A stretch of DNA of 64,000 nt from an uncultured Planctomycetia bacterium (GTDB lineage Bacteria; Omnitrophota; Gorgyraeia; Tantalellales; Tantalellaceae). A program made the translations under genes and the position numbers. Shown in pieces: positions 58,043 through 64,000 of this stretch (positions are counted from its first letter, which is position 1; the number at the start of each line of letters is the position of its first letter). Under the pieces are notes generated by a model. The model saw only the letters and a list, made by a program, of their open reading frames with translations. It was not told the origin of the DNA and made no database searches. The DNA lies in contig CAYPCX010000006.1 of the NCBI GenBank assembly GCA_964409365.1, positions 21,012 to 85,011 on the forward strand, given 5' to 3'.

Positions 58043-59248
58043 GTATCTTATCGCTTCCACCGGGTCCAGCCGGGACGCCTTCCATGCCGGATAGATCCCC
58101 GCCGCCAGCGTGAGCAGCATCGCGACGGAGATTATCGCCGTAACGTCAGCCGTGCTGACATACACCGGTATCTCGCTGAAATAATATATATCGCTCGGGA
58201 ACATCGCTACTCCCGTCCACCGTTCCAGAAGGTCCGCTATGACGTTGACCCTGTGAGCCAGAAAGACCCCGCAGAACCCGCCGGCGGCTATCCCCAGAAG
58301 ACCTATGATGATCCCCTCCAGAAAGAACACGGCCCTTACCCCGAACGAATTGGCGCCGATGGCCTTGAGTATACCGATATCCCTCGTCTTCTCCATGACC
58401 ATCATGATCAGCGAACTTGATATATTGAAACAGGCCACCATGATTATCAGGGCCAGTATGATGAACATCATCTTTTTTTCCAGGGAAAGCGCCGTCACCA
58501 GATTGCGGTCGAGGTCCATCCAGCTCTTCACTATATAGGGATACCCCAGTATGACCTGCAGGCGCGCCTTCACCCCGGCGACCTCCATTTCATCCTTCAC
58601 TTTCAGGCCGATACCGGAAACGGTATCGCCGGAGCGGAAAAGCTCGCGCGCCGTATCTATCCCGACGATGGCTATGTTGGAATCGTAGTCGTATCTTCCC
58701 GAAGTAAAGCTGCCGATGACCTCGAGCTGGGCTTTCTCCATATCGAGGGCCGAGTACGGGAGCAGCAGTTCCACCTTGTCCCCTACCGATATCCTTTCGC
58801 TTTTCATCAGTTCGCTGCCGAGTACTATCGTTTTGCCTTTTAAGTCCTTGCCGGTCACCTGTGCGTATTCTATTACCCGGCTCACTTCCGATTCCTTTTC
58901 GGGATCTATCCCCTTAAGGAGGACCCCCGAGACGTTGTCGTCCGTCTTCAGGACGGCCTGGCCGGTAACAAAAGGGGTGGCGCTGACCACATCGGGCAGC
59001 GCTTCCATCCTCGCTATCAGTTCTTCGTGCCCGCTGATCCCGCCTTCCCTTATGATGACCGCGTGCGAATACGTGCCTATTATCTTGTCCTTCACTTCAC
59101 GATCGAACCCGTTCATTATCGACATCACGATGATGAGAGAAGCGACGCCGAGACCCACGCCGAGGACAGAGATCACCCCTACGAGGGATATCATCCCTTC
59201 TTTTCTCCTGGCCAGAAAATATCTCAAACTAAGGAATATCGTCCACAT
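58037..59248 (-). CDS. Lipoprotein-release ABC permease (LolC/E)
   Basis: VMSIMNGF, EKKMMFIIL, EKTRDIGILKAIGA and YPAWKASRLDP motifs. Confidence 0.9.
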   Translation of the reverse strand: MWTIFLSLRYFLARRKEGMISLVGVISVLGVGLGVASLIIVMSIMNGFDREVKDKIIGTYSHAVIIREGGISGHEELIARMEALPDVVSATPFVTGQAVLKTDDNVSGVLLKGIDPEKESEVSRVIEYAQVTGKDLKGKTIVLGSELMKSERISVGDKVELLLPYSALDMEKAQLEVIGSFTSGRYDYDSNIAIVGIDTARELFRSGDTVSGIGLKVKDEMEVAGVKARLQVILGYPYIVKSWMDLDRNLVTALSLEKKMMFIILALIIMVACFNISSSLIMMVMEKTRDIGILKAIGANSFGVRAVFFLEGIIIGLLGIAAGGFCGVFLAHRVNVIADLLERWTGVAMFPSDIYYFSEIPVYVSTADVTAIISVAMLLTLAAGIYPAWKASRLDPVEAIRYE

Positions 59249-59274
59249 GTTTTTTCAGGTTTAACACTTCTTTT

Positions 59275-59328
59275 CAGAAGACAGAGGTCAGATGCCAGAA
59301 TTCTGTTTTCTGCTTTCTGTCTTCTGTT
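59275..59328. repeat. Inverted heptamer arrays with no spacer
   Basis: cagaaga cagaggt cagatgc cagaa|ttctgtt ttctgct ttctgtc ttctgtt. Confidence 0.88.
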
Positions 59329-59343
59329 TTTCAAAACCACATA

Positions 59344-60774
59344 TTACTCGGGCCGCAGTTGAGGAAAGAGTATCACTTCCCTTATGCTCGCCGAATCGGT
59401 GAATATCATCGCGAGGCGGTCGATCCCTATCCCGAGGCCTCCTGCCGGGGGCATACCGTATTCGAGGGCGCGTACGAAATCCTCGTCGACCATCGCTTCC
59501 GGGTCGGCCTTTGCCTGTTCTTCGAACCTCTCACGCTGGTCGATCGGGTCGTTAAGTTCCGAATAGGCGTTCGCTATCTCCATCCCCCCGACATACAGCT
59601 CGAACCTGTCCACCAGTCCCGGCTTATCTTTTTTCGACTTCGCCAGGGGGCTGAGCTCCTTGAAGAAATCCACCACGAAGACCGGATGCGTCTCCGTCTC
59701 CGGCTCTACCAGCTCTCCCACGATATTTATGATCTGCGTCTTGCTTACCTTGTCGCCCTCTATCTCCACGCCTTTTTTCTTGAGCTTCGCGACCCACCCT
59801 TCCAGCGGTTCGTCTATCTCTATGCCGAAGTTCTTTTTCATCAGCTCCGCGAAAGACACCCTCTTGAACACGCTCAGGTCCACGTCCCTGCCCTGGTACT
59901 GGAATTTTTCCGTGCCGAGTATCTTCCTGGCGGCCGAACGGATAAGCTCTTCGGTAAGTTCCATCATGCCTTCACAGTCGGAGTATGCCTCGTATACCTC
60001 TATCATGGTGAACTCGGGGTTATGCCTCGTGGATATCCCCTCGTTCCTGAAAGAACGGTTTATCTCGTACACCTTTTCGAACCCGCCTACCAGGAGCTTC
60101 TTCAGATATATCTCGGGGGCTATCCTGAGATAGAGGTCCATGTCGAGCGTCTCGTGGTGCGTCTTGAAAGGTTTGCCTGCGGCGCCGCCCGGTATCGGGT
60201 GCATCATCGGCGTCTCCACCTCGAGGAATCCCTTGTCGTTGAGCGTCTCGCGCAGCGACTGTATCAGGTCTATGCGCGTCCTGAACTTCTCGCGCGCTTC
60301 GTCGTTCACGATCAGGTCCACGTACCTCTGGCGGTACCTTGTCTCCACGTCTTTAAGCCCGTGCCACTTTTCCGGCAGCGGTAGAAGCGACTTGGAAAGA
60401 AGCCGGTACTCCTTCACCTGGAGGGTATCTTCGCCCGTCTTCGTCCTGAAAAGCTCTCCGTCCGCTCCGATAATGTCGCCGATATCGAGCTTCTTCATGA
60501 CCTCAAAGGCCTTATCCCCTATGAGATCTTTTTTCATGTAAAGCTGTATCTTGCCGGTAAAGTCCTTGAGATCCATAAAAGCGCTCTTGCCGTGCTCTCT
60601 CATAGCCATTATCCTGCCGGCTACCCTGCATTCCTTGCCTTCGGAAAAATCATTCTTCACCGAACCTATGCTCTGGATACCCGTGAACTTTCCGCCGAAC
60701 GGGTCTATACCCGATTCCTTTATCGAATCCATGTTCTTGTATCGCTGCTCAATGAGATCGTTCTTCTCTTCCAT
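59344..60774 (-). CDS. lysS: Lysyl-tRNA synthetase (class II)
   Basis: RYRQRY, FRNEG, HNPEF and GIGIDRL motifs; SD GGAGG before MEEKN. Confidence 0.97.
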   Translation of the reverse strand: MEEKNDLIEQRYKNMDSIKESGIDPFGGKFTGIQSIGSVKNDFSEGKECRVAGRIMAMREHGKSAFMDLKDFTGKIQLYMKKDLIGDKAFEVMKKLDIGDIIGADGELFRTKTGEDTLQVKEYRLLSKSLLPLPEKWHGLKDVETRYRQRYVDLIVNDEAREKFRTRIDLIQSLRETLNDKGFLEVETPMMHPIPGGAAGKPFKTHHETLDMDLYLRIAPEIYLKKLLVGGFEKVYEINRSFRNEGISTRHNPEFTMIEVYEAYSDCEGMMELTEELIRSAARKILGTEKFQYQGRDVDLSVFKRVSFAELMKKNFGIEIDEPLEGWVAKLKKKGVEIEGDKVSKTQIINIVGELVEPETETHPVFVVDFFKELSPLAKSKKDKPGLVDRFELYVGGMEIANAYSELNDPIDQRERFEEQAKADPEAMVDEDFVRALEYGMPPAGGLGIGIDRLAMIFTDSASIREVILFPQLRPE

Positions 60775-60852
60775 GCTGCTCCTCCCCGGAGACAAAAATA
60801 CCCGCCATATATTAGGGTAATTATAACCACTATAATTAAAAATTACCACACA

Positions 60853-60881
60853 ATTATAGCTTTATTAAAAATGGATGTCAA
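60853..60881 (-). promoter_or_regulatory. Consensus sigma70 promoter upstream of lysS
   Basis: Minus strand TTGACA-17 nt-TATAAT, a perfect consensus. Confidence 0.8.
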
Positions 60882-60920
60882 CGTAATTTGCGTTAGGAAG
60901 GACAAACACCCAGCCTATAT

Positions 60921-61005
60921 ATAGGTTTATACAGGTTTAGAGAGGTATAACAATGTTTATACATGTTCACCCATGTTATACATCGGGTGTGTACACACCC
61001 GATGT
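60921..61005. repeat. Degenerate 10-mer array followed by a perfect 26-bp palindrome (palindrome family, copy 2)
   Basis: ataggtttat acaggtttag agaggtataa caatgtttat acatgttcac ccatgttata; then acatcgggtgtgt|acacacccgatgt. Confidence 0.8.
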
Positions 61006-61014
61006 GTGTAAGGG

Positions 61015-63000
61015 TTATTTGAGGAGGGATTTGAACTCGGCTTCGGTGATGATCCTGATGCCTTTTTTCTTTGCCTGGTCGAGTTTTGATCCGGCTTTCT
61101 CCCCCGCCACGACAAGGTCGGTCGTCGCGCTTACGCTTGACTGGGCTTCGCCGCCTTCGGCTTCGACTATTTTTTTTGCTTCGGAGCGGCTTATGGTCTG
61201 GAGAGAACCGGTGAAGACGATCCTTTTCCCGAGGAGTTTTCCTTTTGTGGCCTTTTTCTTTTCGCGGACCTTTACGCCGTTTTTCTCTAACTTCCGGATC
61301 TCATCAACGTTCTTTTTCTGTTTGAAAAAATCGGTAATGCTCTCCGCTATCTCCGGCCCGATCTCGTTTATCGACATAAGGCTTTCCTGGTCGGCTGACA
61401 TTATTTTCCGCAGCGTACCGAATTTACCGGCAAGGAGGGTCGCTATGTGTTTGCCTACATTCCTTATCCCGAGACCGAAAAGAAAACGGTCGAGGGGAAT
61501 GTCTCTGGACCTTTCTATAGAATTCAAAAGGTTCTGCGTCTTCTTTTCTTTCCATCCCTCAAGCTTCAGGAGATCTTCCCCTTTAAGCTTATAAATATCG
61601 GAAATACTGCTTATCAAACCTTCTTCATAAAGAAGTTCGACCGACTTGTCGGAAAAACCGTCTATATCCACCGCTCCCTTGCTGGCGTAATGGCTGATCG
61701 CCTCTTTAAGCTGTGCCGGGCAGGCAAGTCCCGCGGGACAGCGGTAGAACACGTCTTCCTTCTCCAGGGTAGCGCCGCAGCTCGGACACTTCTTCGGCAT
61801 GTGGAACGCTTTTTCCCTACCGGTACGCCTATGGCTGATGACCTCGACCACCTCGGGGATAACGTCGCCCGCCCTCTGGACCTTGACATGATCCCCGACT
61901 TTCACGCCGAGGCGTTCTATCTGGTCCATGTTATGGAGCGAAGCGCGCGATACCGTGACCCCGCCTACCTCTACCGGCTGGAGGAGCGCGACGGGCGTGA
62001 TGGCACCGGTCCTTCCTACCTGTACGACGATATCCTCCACGCGCGTTACCTCTTTGCGCGGTTCGAACTTATAGGCGACGGCCCATTTAGGGTTATTGGT
62101 CCTCATGCCTATTCTTTCCTGGAGGGAAAGATCATTTACCTTGATCACGACGCCATCTATCTCATAATCCAGGTCATCGCGTTTTTTCTCGAGGTTACTG
62201 TGATAGGATACGGCCTCTTTTATATTCCTGCAGTGTTTAGCACCCGGCGATACCTGTATGCCAAGGCCTTCGATAAGGCCAAGCGCCTCTTTTTGCGTGG
62301 CCGGCAGCTTCTCGGAATAATCGAGTATCCTGTAACAGTAGACATGGAGTTTTCTCTGGCCCGTTATCCGCCAGTCGAGCTGGCGCATGGAACCGGCGGC
62401 GGCGTTGCGCGGATTCGCGAAAGTATCCTTACCGAGTTCCGTCTGTCTTTTGTTCAGCGCATTGAAATCCTTGATGTGCATCATCACCTCGCCGCGAAGG
62501 GCGATGCGCCCGGGCGGTTTCGCGCACTTGAGCTTCTTCGGGAGAGTGACGATCGTCTTGAGGTTCAGTGTTACGTCTTCGCCCACCAGACCGTCACCCC
62601 GGGTGGAGCCTCTCACGAATTTTCCGTCCTCGTAGACCAGTTCTATGCTCAGGCCGTCAAGTTTCGGCTCGCACACGTAGTCGATGCTTTCGCCGGTCTC
62701 TTTTCGGCATGTCTCGTCAAAATGCTCGGCGCCCTTTTCATCGTTCACGCTTTCCAGGCTGAGCATCGGCGCCATATGCTTCACCTTTACGAACTTATCA
62801 GGGATAGGCGCCCCCACCGTCTGCGTCGGGGAATCGGGTGAGATATATTCCGGGTGCTTGGCTTCAAGACCCTTAAGCTCCTGCATAAGCCGGTCATATT
62901 TGGCGTCCGATATCACCGGCTTGCCTTCCGTGTAGTAGAGCCTGTTGTGCCGCCTGATGTTCTTCCTGAGTTTGTTTATCTTTCTTTTCACATCTTCCAT
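61015..63000 (-). CDS. ligA: NAD-dependent DNA ligase
   Basis: EPKLDG, ANPRNAAAGS, zinc finger, HhH and BRCT; ATG at 63000 with an SD (in-frame GTG at 63012 is an alternative start). Confidence 0.97.
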   Translation of the reverse strand: MEDVKRKINKLRKNIRRHNRLYYTEGKPVISDAKYDRLMQELKGLEAKHPEYISPDSPTQTVGAPIPDKFVKVKHMAPMLSLESVNDEKGAEHFDETCRKETGESIDYVCEPKLDGLSIELVYEDGKFVRGSTRGDGLVGEDVTLNLKTIVTLPKKLKCAKPPGRIALRGEVMMHIKDFNALNKRQTELGKDTFANPRNAAAGSMRQLDWRITGQRKLHVYCYRILDYSEKLPATQKEALGLIEGLGIQVSPGAKHCRNIKEAVSYHSNLEKKRDDLDYEIDGVVIKVNDLSLQERIGMRTNNPKWAVAYKFEPRKEVTRVEDIVVQVGRTGAITPVALLQPVEVGGVTVSRASLHNMDQIERLGVKVGDHVKVQRAGDVIPEVVEVISHRRTGREKAFHMPKKCPSCGATLEKEDVFYRCPAGLACPAQLKEAISHYASKGAVDIDGFSDKSVELLYEEGLISSISDIYKLKGEDLLKLEGWKEKKTQNLLNSIERSRDIPLDRFLFGLGIRNVGKHIATLLAGKFGTLRKIMSADQESLMSINEIGPEIAESITDFFKQKKNVDEIRKLEKNGVKVREKKKATKGKLLGKRIVFTGSLQTISRSEAKKIVEAEGGEAQSSVSATTDLVVAGEKAGSKLDQAKKKGIRIITEAEFKSLLK

Positions 63001-63023
63001 ATTTACCTTCACACAAAAATAAA

Positions 63024-63090
63024 AATATATTCTGGGGACACATCTGGTTGTCTACATGTCGTTTACACAGATGTGTCCCCAGAACCTCAG
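63024..63090. repeat. REP-like hairpin element, copy 4
   Basis: ttctggggacacatctg ... cagatgtgtccccagaa-cctcag. Confidence 0.92.
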
Positions 63091-63098
63091 TTTCCGTT

Positions 63099-64000
63099 TC
63101 ATCGCTTCAGCGCTTTCACCAGTTTTTCATACGTGAACGTATTAAGTACGTCGTTTTTCTCCACCCAGCCCCTTCTGGCCGTTATGACGCCGTACTTCAT
63201 CTCGCCAAGCTGCGCCACTTCATGCGCGTCAGTATTTATAACGAACTTCGCGCCCATCTCTTTTGCCATCCTGCAATGAATGTCGTTCAGGTCTATCCTC
63301 TCTCCATGCGTGTTGACCTCGAGGTAGATATTCCGTTCAACGGCGGCCTCGAATATCTTCTCGAAATCGGCGAAGATCGAGCTCCGGCTGGAAATAAGCC
63401 GCGCGGAAGGATGCGCGAGCGCGTGAACGTATTTATTATCAAAGGCCCTCAGAATGCGCTCGGTCTGCCTTTCCCTGTTAAGAGAAAAATTAGAATGGAT
63501 GGATGCTATCACTATATCAAGTTCTTTCAAAACGGAATCCCTGATGTCCAGTTTCCCTTTCGCGAGAATATCCACCTCGACCCCGGCGAGGACCTTTATG
63601 CCTCTGGTCTTTTTTGCCGTTTTTCTTACTTTTTCCACGTGCCTCATGAGCTGTCTTTCATCCAGGCCATGAGCCACACGGACGTTCTTGGAATGTTCCG
63701 TTATAGCGATATACTGGTATCCCTTCTTTCTCGCGGCCTCGATAAGCTCTTCAACAGTAGCGCGTCCGTCAGTAGCCGTCGTGTGGAGGTGGAGATCCCC
63801 CTTGATATCCTTCAATTGAAGAAGGTTCTTAGGCAACTTGCCTTTCATCGCGGCCTCGACCTCGCCCTGCGCCTCGCGCAGTTCCGGCGGCGGCGGGTCC
63901 ATGCCGAGCTTCCGGTAAACCTCTTCTTCTGTCTTGCCCGCAACGAACCTTTCTTTCCCCTTGCCCACGGAAAAGACACCGTATTCGCTCACCTTGTAAC
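63099..64000 (-). CDS. polX: DNA polymerase X / PHP exonuclease (3' part; start lies beyond the window)
   Basis: LSEYG, PPELRE, GDLHLHT, ITEHS, NTDAH and ARRGW motifs. Confidence 0.92.
   Translation of the reverse strand, partial: YKVSEYGVFSVGKGKERFVAGKTEEEVYRKLGMDPPPPELREAQGEVEAAMKGKLPKNLLQLKDIKGDLHLHTTATDGRATVEELIEAARKKGYQYIAITEHSKNVRVAHGLDERQLMRHVEKVRKTAKKTRGIKVLAGVEVDILAKGKLDIRDSVLKELDIVIASIHSNFSLNRERQTERILRAFDNKYVHALAHPSARLISSRSSIFADFEKIFEAAVERNIYLEVNTHGERIDLNDIHCRMAKEMGAKFVINTDAHEVAQLGEMKYGVITARRGWVEKNDVLNTFTYEKLVKALKR

Overview
A 64 kb stretch of a diderm bacterial chromosome, GC-rich overall, in which every credible gene lies on the minus strand. Gene content and order suggest Omnitrophota or a related PVC-group lineage (inference). 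In transcription order it runs: polX (partial), ligA, lysS, lolC/lolD, ilvE, mcsA-mcsB-clpC, an AsmA/TamB-like hypothetical, mlaE/F/D, PIN-TRAM, ispD, ispF, cysE, cysS, tmk, holB, ricT, metG, ogt, a tatD/radical-SAM fusion, CPBP protease, mtnA, thiL, tsaE, tsaB, alr, a four-helix-bundle gene, ilvBNC, leuA, aroE, pilD, aroC, aroK, HD-GYP, dprA, topA, xerC, a Kdo/lipid A/heptose LPS cluster, and queD/C/E. The proteins are mostly housekeeping; the unusual part is the intergenic DNA. About 20 gene junctions carry degenerate 7-bp tandem arrays from several sequence families. They are often arranged as inverted arms and frequently start in register with the upstream stop codon. One pair of arms encloses a low-GC four-helix-bundle (23S rRNA IVP/Avd-like) gene. 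The window also has a four-locus REP-like hairpin family with 49-bp tandem expansions, a two-copy palindrome family, and a ~97-bp element present as inverted copies around cysE-ispF-ispD.
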